The notes beneath the pieces were generated by a model. It was not told the DNA's origin, searched no databases, and saw only the letters and a program-made list of their open reading frames with translations. A stretch of 64,000 nt of DNA from the NCBI GenBank assembly GCA_965649765.1, contig OZ287758.1:16740001-16804000 (forward strand), read 5' to 3'. The first letter of the stretch is position 1; each line of letters begins with the position of its first letter. This document shows positions 11,872-24,524 of this stretch, in pieces. This stretch comes from Bispira polyomma. Its lineage: Eukaryota. The position numbers and the translations under genes are program-made.

Positions 11872-13130
11872 GACTAGATGGTGTTTCAACTAAAATATTG
11901 TAAATTATAAAAACGTAAACACCATAAACAAAATGTCACCCAAACAAATTTTAAACTAGTTGTTGCTCTGCTGACGAAACGATAAAGGCGGGAGAATTTG
12001 AAAAAGGAGAGCCTTATATAGTCGTACACCATCCCATAATAGTAGAACAGGCTGGTACCCCAGAACTGAGGCCACGAACGCTGAGGGCGTTCGCTTACAA
12101 ATCTAGCAGTGTAACATGGTGTCAATTGATATTGAATCTGAACAACAACAAAAACCAGTAGAGATTAGTGTTTGCCTTGTTTGTTACAAAAAATAATTGT
12201 TTTAATTTATACTAAATTATCTGGAACCCGACAATGATTCTGATAAAATGGATTCCCTTTAGATGTAAATTAAATGTAAGCTTCAGACTAACATTATGTC
12301 AACAGGCTGCTACTAAATTTCTTTAACATGCTGACCACGTAAAGGCAGAAAAAAGCTTGATGATTAACTTGTTAACACAGGCAAAACTCCAATTCAGAAA
12401 ATGCTAGGGGTTCTTTAGTTACCCCAGCTGGTCTAGTCAGTAGGTTGTAAATGTTACTATATGTCCTGATGTGTATGTGGGCATTCACTTTATACTGTTA
12501 TCCTGACATTTCCATCTGTCAATCTTATCATAAATGAAATCATCAAGCCTGGACATGGGTTCAAACTCTATAAAATTTCAAGACATATTTCAAGCCTTTC
12601 GGCATGTTGAAAATAACCTGGGGATATCTACATGATGGGACTTTCCGGGGAAACCAGTTCTATGGAGATACTTGTCCACAGTTTGGGTACAAACATGGTA
12701 GTACTCTTTACAGTTTAGGATCTATATTAGATACATAATACAAGACCTTGGCTTTTAAGTTATGAATTATATTGTTAATTATATATGGTTTGGCTGAGTC
12801 AGTACAGCTCAAAAATCCTATCAGCCCCTCTTGTAATAGCACTGACATGGGTAAATCTACAAAACTGTCCATTTGACAGGTTAGTTTTCTTTTGTCTGTA
12901 TGTCCAACCTTTCCACCCATGTGGTCTCACTGTTTGATCCTCCCAGGCATTTGTGCGAAGCGGATACATGTTTAGGCCTCCCATTTATATTGAGAGGCCA
13001 TCGACACTGTGGGCGCCATCAGGTTGACACATGGATCGTCTGATGCCCCCCGCCCCTCTTTCGAGTCAGGGTGAGGAAGCATAGGCTCTCCTTACTGACA
13101 GTAAAATCAGGTGTCTCGAGCATAGTGCTA

Positions 13131-13205
13131 CACCTAGCAGTATTATGCAATCGGGGCCTTACCTGCCACCTAGCAGGATTATGCAATTGGGGCCTTACCT
13201 GCCAC
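13131..13205. repeat. Tandem duplication of a 36-bp unit
   Basis: CACCTAGCAG(T/G)ATTATGCAAT(C/T)GGGGCCTTACCTGC twice, with 2 mismatches. Confidence 0.9.
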
Positions 13206-16200
13206 TTCTGGTATCCCTCTCACTTACAATTTTAATGTTGAGTTGGAACACATAAAAGAACATGGCACCTGGATGTCGGATGCAGTTTGATCCTATTTGG
13301 TACACTACCAAGAGGCTCGACAGCGGGTGGCGTTACCTTTCAAAGCCCGCCTGCAGAAACCCTAAAACTGCGACTACTCTGCTTTTGTGTTTGGTGGTTT
13401 ATATATTTGAAAACATTTCTTATATAGATTTACAAACTGTACATTTACATTTACTAAACAAGTGAAGGCAAGGGTAACATGTTTCTCCGGAGTAAACTTA
13501 GAAATTTGATAATCATTACTTTAATTTATAGATAAAAACACTTATCATGAACTATGTAACCTTTAGTTATTTTAATTATTGCATGCATATGTTTAATATG
13601 AACTTACCTTTATTTAAGGTAACCTTAGCAAAGAGAATGCAGTATGGTTAACTTAACTTGCTAGAGTAGCTTCTTTTTTGCATGAAACCATATGTAAAAG
13701 TAAACAACCTTAACTGTAGGTTACCTTAACATAAATTATTTGGTAATGATAGACATGTATATAACAGGTGAAAATTGACAAAATCTTAGTCATGTGTTTA
13801 ATGTATTTATTAACATGTAAACAAAAAACATTCCCTCAACCTGTCTTGAGGGACTATATCAGATCTATGTGGATTCATCCCTGAGTTGCGTACAGGCGAT
13901 CTTGACTGGTATTTAAAACACTTAAAAAATTCAAATTCCCTGTCAAAGACTGACCAAACTGCCAACAATCTTATTTGCTGAAACTAAGAAAATAGTAAAT
14001 CTAGCAGTAAAAGAATATCACCCCTGAAAAAAAGTTTCAGATAGCGGTCACAACTGTCAGGTTAAAATGATGTAATTCACTACACAAATAGTAGATTGTA
14101 ATAACAGCAAAATTCTACACTATTGAACTTTTTGCTATGCATTAAGTCAAAGAGGTTTTGAATAATGAAGCTGGTGTCAAGTTACAGGTCCATTGGAATG
14201 GGAAGACACTTGCAAAGAAATACGACTTGCATGGGGTTTTCTGAGATGTGGATATCAATCCTGTAGGCAGCTAGAAATTGTTTGGAATAAAAACACGAAC
14301 AGCTCCATTGATGAACGACCCACAAAACGTTTATATTGGGAAAAAGAAAGGAGAAAGCTGAGAAGTAAGAATTGCTAGCCAGTATTGCATTACTGCTGTG
14401 GCCAAGTGGGTAACACACTCGCTTATGAAAGCAGAGGACTTCCCACTCATGTATTGTAGGCATATATATATAGTGGTGGTCCTCTGTGATTGAGTCCTAT
14501 CCCAAAGCTTTGGTAGATAACAAAATTGTTTCATCCACTGTTCACAAGTTAGGGAAATGAAAGTTACCGGTATTCAATGTACTACATGTGATTATTGTCA
14601 CAATTCAGTATCAAAATACATGGGTATTGAGTTTGAGATATAGTATTGTGTAAATGTACCATTTACTTATTATAATAAGAACATCATTTATTGTTATAGT
14701 TGTGGAAATGACCATACCCTAGACGGTAGAAGAAATCCATAATATATGCCTTGGCTTTTATACAATAGATAACGCCATGTGGTCTATTTTAACCAACCAA
14801 ATAAAGTTTTTGAATTTGAATTAATTTGGGGTTTATGTCACCTTCAATATCTTTGTACTTATTGTCATGGCCAGATATGTTGAGGGAGCAAACAATTGGT
14901 ATTTGTACTGGAATCCACCGATGAATGGAAATCACCTGGAAAGTAATTTCCACATGATGGAAGCAGTGGGAGTTGAGCAGACTGTCATCAGGGGTGAGAT
15001 GCTAGTGACATTATTAAAACACTTCTAACTACTAGACACAGGTATACTGTATACATAAAGGCTTATATATTTGATGTCATATGTCTCAGGTCAAACTTAT
15101 TGCAACAATGCAAATTGCTAAAATTAATATGGAATATAGAGTGCACAATACTACACCTTGGGCCAATATTGCAGATGTATACTGGCATCAGGAACACAGA
15201 TACAAGTGGCCTCTGTCCCTAGCCATATCTACCATCAGAAAATTCAAAGTATGGGCTGGGGACAGAAGCTCGGTCTAACCTTGGGCCAATAATGTGCCGA
15301 AGAACAATATTATCACTGTAGAATAGTTTGATGTGCTGGACATGTGACAAAATTGTTGTATGAACCACTGGATGCCATCAACACTATATAACACGGCCTA
15401 TATTCTCAAACTAAACTCAAACTCACGGTCAACTCAAATGACAGCTACGTGGAAGTCTTTGTACATTAAAATAATCCTTTTTTTAAATAGTGCGTTCAAC
15501 TCTAATTTGAGCTGTGGAATCAAGGTTTCCTTGACTTCACTCTAGGTAGAGATATGGGAATTCAGTTGAGCTCGATGTTTTTTGAGAATACAACTACTGG
15601 CTAGAAATATGTGCAGAAAACTGGGGCATTAGATGAGAATTTATCTCCTATGGAGCTTGACAGTAATAAATTAAGGCGGTAGTAAAGCATTAGGGAGCCA
15701 ATTTGCTGGAGCATTGAGTGCATCATTTTATCAAGCTTGAACTTAATGCAGCTACTATATTGGGGGCCTTGCTGGGAATAAAAAGAGTTGGATAATAATC
15801 AAAGCTAATCATTAACAGTGTGAGTAATATACCATTTACACGCTATCCCTCCAAACATCAAAGGATTGATGAGAAGAGGTAAAGAAAAGATGACACAGCA
15901 ACAGATAGTGTAGTTGTAGACTTAAGATGAGTGGGGGAAACTACATCTACCCCCTCATACCATCTTAATTAAATTTATTGGACTGAATTAATAGCTACTT
16001 ATTGCTTTGAAGTGAATCTAAATAAAATTGGGAGTGAGGCTGGCAGATGTGGGGTGTTTTATCACTGGGCAAGATCTTACAGGTTAAGGAGGAGTTGTGT
16101 GTTCTTGACTATGTTGACTATGTTGTTATCTCTGATGATCTCTATATGATGGCTGTATACTGTATGTTAAGAAATATAACAGAGTGTTTGCAGTTTTAGA

Positions 16201-19200
16201 AAGATATTTCATTTTTATTCGAAAATATGTCTATTGGTAAACAAATAGCTTCTAACAGTAGTTTTATAATAGTAATTTTCCAAATCCCCCATTTGAGATT
16301 CTGTTGTACTGCAAGTCAAGTGCAGTTCAAATGGTGTGCTGTGATGTATTACTGTGATGTATTACTGTAACACACATGCAGGCTCTTCTAACCAGGGCAC
16401 AAGAAACAGTTAAGAAATCAATCTGGGGAGAACCTTTTTCCAAAAGAAGGGATTTGTGTGACAAATTCATCTTCTGGAAGATAAGATATTTTATAATGTA
16501 CCCAGGGCCAACTAGTGTCCTTTTTTCTGTATTTCTCATGCAGGTGTCATAATTTTTAGGTTTTGACAGAAACCCTGTCACAGAAGAGATCTCTTCATGC
16601 AGATTAATGTAGTGTGTGGCATTTAACTCTGCCACAAAAGCTGACAAAAACATGAGAAAGATATTAAAGTAATCTCACCAAATTGTCTTGTAGGCGTACA
16701 GTTCAGTGATTTTATCACAAATAACTATTTGTAGTGAAGCTTATTTCAAATGATTTGTGTCACATCAGCACTGCTGATAAAATCAAATACATCCAGATGC
16801 TATATCAGGCAATGTGACAAAGTTTTGATGTTACATCATCATCTGCTTAGAGCTCTGGCTATACTTTCTACAAATATGTTTTTGATCATCGGCTCTGTTA
16901 TGTATATAAGGAAGTTGGCAGTGCACTTACAGAAAGCCAGAGATTTGCAGAGCAGACCAACTTAACCAAATTGTCTGTACCAATATCCTTTACCAGAAAA
17001 CAGCCTGCCGTGATACGACACAAAACTTGTTAAAGCGACATTGTGTTTTTAATCCCAAACTAAATCAATATTTTAATGTAATATCAATTAATAAATATAT
17101 GGCACACTACACTAGAAAAAAATGGCATGTTCCATAGATTTCCACTTTTTGTGGGAAGTTTACATATGTTGGCAAATACCCTTTTGACATACTCCCAAAA
17201 TATGTAGTGTTGCAAACCACCACATATATAATGTTAACACTACTAAAATATGTATGAATGATACTGTGAAAGAACTGGCAAGGTATTGTGTAGTCTGGTT
17301 TTAAAAAGCTGCTGCAAAATAACTGCTGCTTAACCAATATAGAACTCACACTTTTACTGGCTATTTTAGTGTTCATAACTATATCTCCTTTCAGAGTCAT
17401 AACTCAGTGGCTGATTTCATTTATATGAAGTATTTATGCAGTGCTTAATTAATACTTCATCCTCCAAAGCATTTGTTCTCCGAGAAAAGATAGTCCTACA
17501 ACATAGCAATGGTTGTCATCAGTAGGTAATGGTATGTTTAATCTTGCCCAAGGATGTTATCCCCTGTAACCATTATGATATTACTAGGAGTCGGAGCAGG
17601 GACCTTCTGATCATCAAACCAATTACCTTACCACTTGGCCATTGGAAACCACAATTGTCAACACTGATAACGTTGCACATTCAAAGTGAGGTTTGTGAAC
17701 CAGAGTCAAGATGGATGTGTCTGAGATAGGCAAGTTGACTTTGGTGTAAGGGATGTATCACCCCCTTGTCTCAGATCTAAGAACTAGACTATAGTCTCAA
17801 TTGGGGTAAAATTGATGACTATGTGGCAGTCAACAGGATGATGAAATACTGGGCTTTAGCTATTTTTGTTAGTTTATACATTAGTCTATTCCAATTTGTT
17901 CAGCAAATTCATGCTTATCCAAAAAAACCTTTCTTTTGATGAAATGAAGTAATTTAATATGGGAAGCTACCTTTTTTCAACCACTATTGTGTAATTAATA
18001 AACATATTGCAGTAAATAAAATGTACATATCTCTATGTTGAAGGATTGTGACAAATTATACAAATGTATCTTAAAACTCTTATATTACATCACTGATGTT
18101 TAAATCATGCTCATAAACTATTACATTTATTTTCTACAAAATCATAGTTTGTATAATGTTTTTAAATGTCATTGAATTATATTTGCACACAAGGTAGTCC
18201 AGCACATTGAACTTAAAGTACCAGAGCTCAAAAACAACTGACACAATATCCAGTGACAAGAAGATGTAATATACACTACAGTCTTTATCAGAAGAAGAAA
18301 GGCTGGCGATAAACAGGCTGGTTATCAATCAAATCTAGTGTCACAGTGAATCATGTGATCTCAGTGTGTTGATTAATGGCATGCTAGTTTCTGTAGGTCT
18401 ACTCCAACCACTCCATTTATTTACTGTTAATAAACAGCTCAGGGCTGGTATTCACAAAGATTCTTTGTCTTAAACTTTTGTCTCCAGCTATTTAGTTTGC
18501 TAAAAATATTATTGTTTGTTTATTATGTGTTTCAAGGTGTAAATATCTGAAAAACCATATCTGAAATATCTGAATAACTAATGCATATTTCAAAGCTTGA
18601 CTTAAAATTGACAAGATGTATTGATTTGAATTGAAGCAATCAACCTTTTTTGGAACCTAGTCCAGATATAACTGGGTTAGGAAACCTCTGCACAAGGACC
18701 TGTACGATATGGTAATCTCCCAGGACAGTCTTCAACCCTATTAAAATTTGAACAAAGAAATACCAAACATGGAAGCTGTCTCTTTTTATGGCTTAAACAT
18801 ATCAATTTACAGTCTCTACACTTTGTATATTTGTTATAGTGCGGGAAAATGAGGCAGGTTTAAGCATGTGGTAGTAAGTTGTATTAATAAAAGTTTTGTC
18901 TGATTTCCCTTTTAAAATCTTAAATTATGTTGTGATTCCTAAAGTTTTCAGAGCAGAGAGTCAGTTGTAATTGTAACTTTCAAAAAGGGAACACAAATTT
19001 ATATCATAAAGAACAATAAAGGGAATAAGATATATGATAGATATACATTGTATATCTATATATAACTGTTGGGGTATAATTTAAGTAGATTTTTGACTTT
19101 CTTAACTGTACTCCAATGTAGAACACTGATTTAGACCCTAATTTATACATAATTTGCACTAAGAAATTATTATAAGAAAAAAACAGAAGAACCGGTAGGA

Positions 19201-20583
19201 GCAAAGAGTGTGAGAATCCATCAAGTCCATGTGTCACTTTAAATCATGGCTTTGTCAGGGCTGTTTTGATGTATGATCTGGCTGATTCTTCAGGTCCCTC
19301 TAACTACTCCATTTATTTTACTATTTATAAACAGCTCAGATGTTGGCTGTGATCATTTCTTTTGTTTAATGAGTGGCAATGCTGGAGTGAAGTGCTCTTT
19401 AAATCTTTCAGAATGTCCATATAGTCTCAGCTGGCACTTCTTCTTACATCCACCAGTCTTTTAATTTAACACGGCTTAAGAACCTTCTGATTGAGTGTTT
19501 TTTTCCTCCTGATGTGAAAAAATGAATAGATCCAGTGAGACTTTACTTGGTTTTTTGTTATTTGTTCAGCAACCCCACTTTTCCCAAAGAAAACATTTAA
19601 TGGTGGGTAAATGGTTAGACGTTTGAGAAAAGTACATTGGGAGTATTAAAAATTAATGACAAGGAGGTTCAATAGTTACTTGTTTGAGGTGCAAACATGT
19701 TTATCAGCTGTAAATGTTTAGAAGTGCAGTGAATGCATTTGGGTTGAGTTTTTAGTTTTTTTGTTTCTTCAAATGATAGAAAATGGGTTTTCTACATATC
19801 AAAATACAAAAAAGCATGAAATTAATTATAAAGACAAACTGTGGGGCTTTTTGTGTCATTTCTGCCCCTGCGTTGTACAAAGTGTTATATTATTTCCAAG
19901 AGTAAGACCTAGAAAATGTAATAGATACAAATGTCCTCTCTACATGACTATGTGCAACTCTATAGCATCACTTCTGATTGGTTTTTGTCATAAGCTCATC
20001 ACTCAACTGCTAACACATCTACAGTTAGTGGCATCAGCCCATTGCTCAAAATAAAAAAGGCAGGGATTGCAAGTTTCACATTTCTGTAGCTTTTTGTACA
20101 ATGTGTAAATATATTGACAACCGGTAAAATGTTCAACTAATAATTAATTAATTAGTCATGCCACACAGCTTCAAAACAGTTATTTCAAGAACAGACTTGT
20201 TTCCGACAACAAATTTGTCAATTATTCACTGTCCACATAGGTTTTGTAGAATTACTATTGAGAAAGACAGTATTTCTGTCTATTTTCTGAATATTTTCTG
20301 TGAATATCTTTTGTCCAGAGAAATAAAGAAAACAACACTTTAGATGTCTTCAAAAATATTAATTTACCAACATCTCAAAAGTTAATTTGCACTCTAGATA
20401 AGATCAAATCAGATGACTATCACCTGAGTCAAGCAGCATGTATTTTACATGCTCAACTTTAACACTGATGACAATCATCTTTTCCCGTGTAAAAATTGTG
20501 CCTGTAATTAAAATGAACCTAGATTTGGATATGCCTTTTATACTTCCATAGGTAATTATCACTGTATATATTTAATTATGTAG

Positions 20584-22443
20584 CAGTCCAAAGTGGTGTG
20601 AAAAGTTATAAGTTAATAAGTAAGTTTATTATAAGACAGTAAAAGATTGCATTTGAGGTTTTTATTTACATGTTAGCTTATGTACAGGTTGACAATCAAA
20701 GTCAGTTAAAATTTCAGGATGGAATTTTAAGCCCCATCACGGCTACCATAAAATACAGCCAGGTCAAAAATAAAAACCCATAACAAAGCTAATAATAAGC
20801 TAAGAGACAATCACAAATATAAAGAATAGTGTAAACCCCTCAGTCACACCAGACTCTGGATTAGAACCAATAAAATAACCTCAAAAGAGGAAAATACATT
20901 TAAATACATTGATTACTATAAAAATGACTATCATTAACATCACCTTCAACTAGTTCATTGTGTGAATAATGTACTGAAATATACAACAAAGTTACTTTTG
21001 GTGACTACGATACTAAGAACAATTTCAGGGGATAAACTTCCCTGTTTACTGTAAATTCTGACATGTATTTGTGATACATGGATACTAATTGACGCTAGGT
21101 GATCGTGTGCAAAAAGGTGCCCTTGTGGGGACCACACGTGTACCCAAGTTATCGTCATTGTGTCTAAATTGGTACGTTGTGTTACTTATTCAACAAGTGG
21201 TATTAACTAGCTCAGTAAGCGTCCCTTGGATTGTTAACTTGAGTCATATGAAGCTGACCACTCTAATGTCGCGTATGTTATAACCCCATATGAGTCAATG
21301 TTCAACTATGCTTATAAATTGAAAATAAGTCCATACAAGAGAGTACATGCAACGTAGTAACAGCAGGACCCCGGGCCTTGGACACCAACCGCCTAGCAGG
21401 GTGAAGTCCAACCTCTCAGAGCCCCTTATTCCACTCTGGAACCCCAGTGGTGAACTCAGAGGAGGGAGTAAGAAGGAAGGACCCCAGACCCACACGGCCC
21501 GGAGCCCGGCCGCCACGTTGCCGTCAAACCCGCCTGGATAACCTTATGCATCAGACAACCTTAAAAATTTCTATAAATCTTTAATAACGCTGTGGTAAGG
21601 GGAGGTGGTGGGCTTCAATTTTCTAAATGTCCTGTTCACAGGTGAAAACACAAATTCAATATGGAGGATAGCTATCCTAGCTTAGGGGTCACTAATAGCT
21701 AATGCTGTGATTGGACAAGGCCCAGATGGACAGAAAGTTGGATAATGCTATTGCATTCGCTAGGGATTAAGGTAGTGTGATAGAAAAAGGAGGTTGGACT
21801 GATCTAGCAGTCCCCTGGGGTGGACTTGCTATGCACAGTCCAAAGTGGTGTGAAAAGTTATAAGTTAAAAATAAGTAAGTTTATTATAAGACAGTAAAAG
21901 ATTGCATTTGAGGTTTTTATTTACATGTTAGCTTATGTACAGGTTGACAATCAAAGTCAGTTAAAATTTCAGGATGGAATTTTAAGCCCCAAGCCCAACT
22001 AAGAAGGAGGGATAGCCGCAGCAAAGGTGAGAGGCACCACTGAAGCAGCTTGGGAGGTCTTCTGTAGGTAGGTCCATACAGCTGAAGACCTCCACAGGCC
22101 ATGGGACATAATATTCTGCAGTGATACGTTTTTATTGAAAGCAAATGTGACCCCCGACCTCCTAAATGTGTGGAACCCGTGTGAATGGTATGGAATGCCT
22201 ATGTGTTCTAAGACTCTCTGTAATGCAACTCTCACATGTGTCTCTATGACTGGGTAAAATGGTGGTGAGTTAACTGCAAACAGTGGTGCAGATGGAGGGA
22301 GAAGCCTAGACAAGATAAGCTGCTGTATAGCCCTTACTGGACATAAAATTTGGTTTTGAAGTGCAGGAATTTGTATAATGTGGGAGTCTGATCTGTTTTG
22401 AAGGTTCTTAACCCATTTCAAGATGACATTGCAAAGATAATAT
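20584..22443 (-). mobile_element. 5'-truncated split-direct-repeat YR retrotransposon (YR-B1-A2-B2) flanked by a 36-bp duplication
   Basis: Absent from copies B (~47150) and C (~62405). Near-identical direct repeats at 21836-21991 and 20584-20736. Host 36-mer duplicated at 20548-20583 and 22444-22479. Confidence 0.9.
21999..22421 (-). pseudogene. C-terminal fragment of tyrosine recombinase
   Basis: KWVKNLQ, LCPV, HTFRRSG, HGLW, WTY motifs. Confidence 0.9.
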
Positions 22444-24524
22444 ATAGGTAATTATCACTGTATATATTTAATTATGTAGAATGCAAAGAGTAAAAAGTGC
22501 AGAAGGGTTAAGCAGAAACCAGGGGGTTTAATCTATCCTAAGTCTTGCCTAAAGCTAAATTCATATTTTAGCTTACTTACAAAATTTCAAATATGTACAC
22601 ATTAAATAAACATAATGTACTCGTACAACTACACTCCAGAAAGGGCATTGGAATAAAGCTACATTCAGATACATTTTCTATTGTTAGTTCAACTTCCACT
22701 TCTTGATTCGTCATTAATAAAACTTGACTTTGTGATAGGACACCACTGCACATGAGAAACACCTTATACCATGATGTACATCTCTTGTTTCACACCAATG
22801 TAATAACATATCCTGACATCAGACTTTGGGTTTTAGTTATTACTGTGTGATTAGTAATATCTCTGCTTTAACTCTTGGTTTACTGAACCAGCACCTTAGT
22901 TATTAAATATTTTAAAATACCCCAAAATTTAATACATTAATCAACAAAACATGGTAGCATGAGTCAAACTTTACACCTTAATTGTTCACAATATTGGTCA
23001 AAGTCAAAGGTTATACCTTTGTGACATCACTCAAGTTAAAGAACTGTAGCGGTGATGTTCAGAGTCTCCACAATGTTGACATATGGAGAATTTCTGCTGT
23101 CACAGGGGATATATACTGATACACTTAGTGGCTGATCTAATGGAAATGTTGACTTCTCAAATTAACACTGAAACTGACAGAGGTGATGGGATTTGGAATA
23201 TATACTATGTTGTTTAAGTTTTAACTGCAAGTTACCACATTTCTGCCAATGTCAAAAGCAGTTATCATTTGCAAATCAACTGATATTTAGAGAACTATAG
23301 AAAACAAAGTTTTGATTAATTCCACAGCCATCCTCAACTGGGTTAGTGTGGCCTTGATATGATATCAGCTTTCAGTACTTCTTCCTATTTCCTTCTATTA
23401 CTTTAGACCCCAGTTCCAGCTATTTTCTGGAGGCAATGCTAATTTTAACAACATTTTCATTTGCCTCCAGCTTTCTGACAAATGATGAGGTCTGTCATTG
23501 CTAGCTCTTTGTGTCCTCTTAAGGTGACCCTATTGAATCCCCCCCCCAACAAAAGATTCGGTCTCCGCCCACCCACCACAAGGTCAGTCCCTTTATTTAT
23601 ATTCCAGGAGCTGCTGGTCTTTTTTCTACACTCTTTGCCCCTGTTTATGATATAAGAGATGACTCTATTAATCACTAAATAAAAATCTTGACATGGTCGT
23701 TGAGAAACCAATCAATATGCAGGAATCTCTTTTGTATGAAGATTAGCCTGGCCAAGACATTTCTATAGAGATCTGGCCCAGAGGTGATGTGAATTTTAAA
23801 CAGGTCCATCAAGTCTGTACTAACCCTTAGTGATTGGTAGAACATAGTGTAGCCCCACACCCTACCCCCCTCCACACCTCCCCCACACACCCCTTACTGC
23901 CTGGTTGAGCTGATTAGAACATTAACTAAGATGGAAAGAGTGTAGAATTAAAAGGAAGGAAGTGACTGGTAATTTATGGTAGACATGGGTAACTTGGTGT
24001 TAGATTGAGTTTTTACTATGCATATAGAAAGAATAAAGAGTTACTTGAGGCAACCGTAGCTTGAGGTTGTTGGCTGATACTCCAGTTGAAGTGAAATGTC
24101 TTTTTTTTGCTGTGGCTCGTTACGCTGGAGCTTATTTAAGGAACGTACATCACCCTAGTGTGATAGGAATACACACACTACCAGCATGTGTACTGTGTTT
24201 GTGTGGCTATGTAGTGGTTCATAAGCAGTGTACGAACTTAAGGGAAAAAAGGTGCTGGCCCACAGGACCACCAAGTTGAAAAAGTTACTGGTCCGTACAG
24301 AAAGTTGCCAGCCCGCATTGAAATATGAAAAGTAGCAATTAATAGCAATATTTCTTTCTGACTTGTGTAATGTGAATAAAGTGTTACAGTTTTCAAGAAA
24401 GGTAATTTATTTAACTATAGTTTATTATTTAGCCTTTCAGTTTCAGGCAGACTGGTTTCAGGTACAACTGTACAATAGTAAAAACAAACACATCATTCTA
24501 CAAGGTTTATAATTTTAAAAGTTA

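Larger units (their letters stand above)
6900..12099 (-). mobile_element. Near-intact YR retrotransposon (gag, RT/RNase H, YR), ~5.2 kb, no terminal repeats seen
   Basis: Three collinear ORFs. The 5' end (TG, hairpin, CCTCAGTTCTGG) and the 3' end (GAGGAACTG) were placed by analogy with the boundary-proven copy at 40037-45564. Confidence 0.9.

Noticed and set aside
14182-14463. Overlapping 61-93 aa ORFs with exon-like flanks
   Set aside because: No recognisable domain and no partner exons; the true frame cannot be determined.
15760-15905. Minus-frame ILLTLLMISFDYY resembling a GPCR TM3/DRY motif
   Set aside because: There is no Arg, stops occur on both sides in all three copies, and no other TM motifs are in register.
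17585-17645. tRNA-like sequence on the minus strand
   Set aside because: The A/B boxes are degenerate and there is no cloverleaf; it is most likely an old SINE head.
23457-24279. Short ORFs recurring in the repeat copies, considered as host exons or an endogenous virus
   Set aside because: Recurrence follows from recent duplication. Frames break between copies, and no polymerase or capsid motifs were found.
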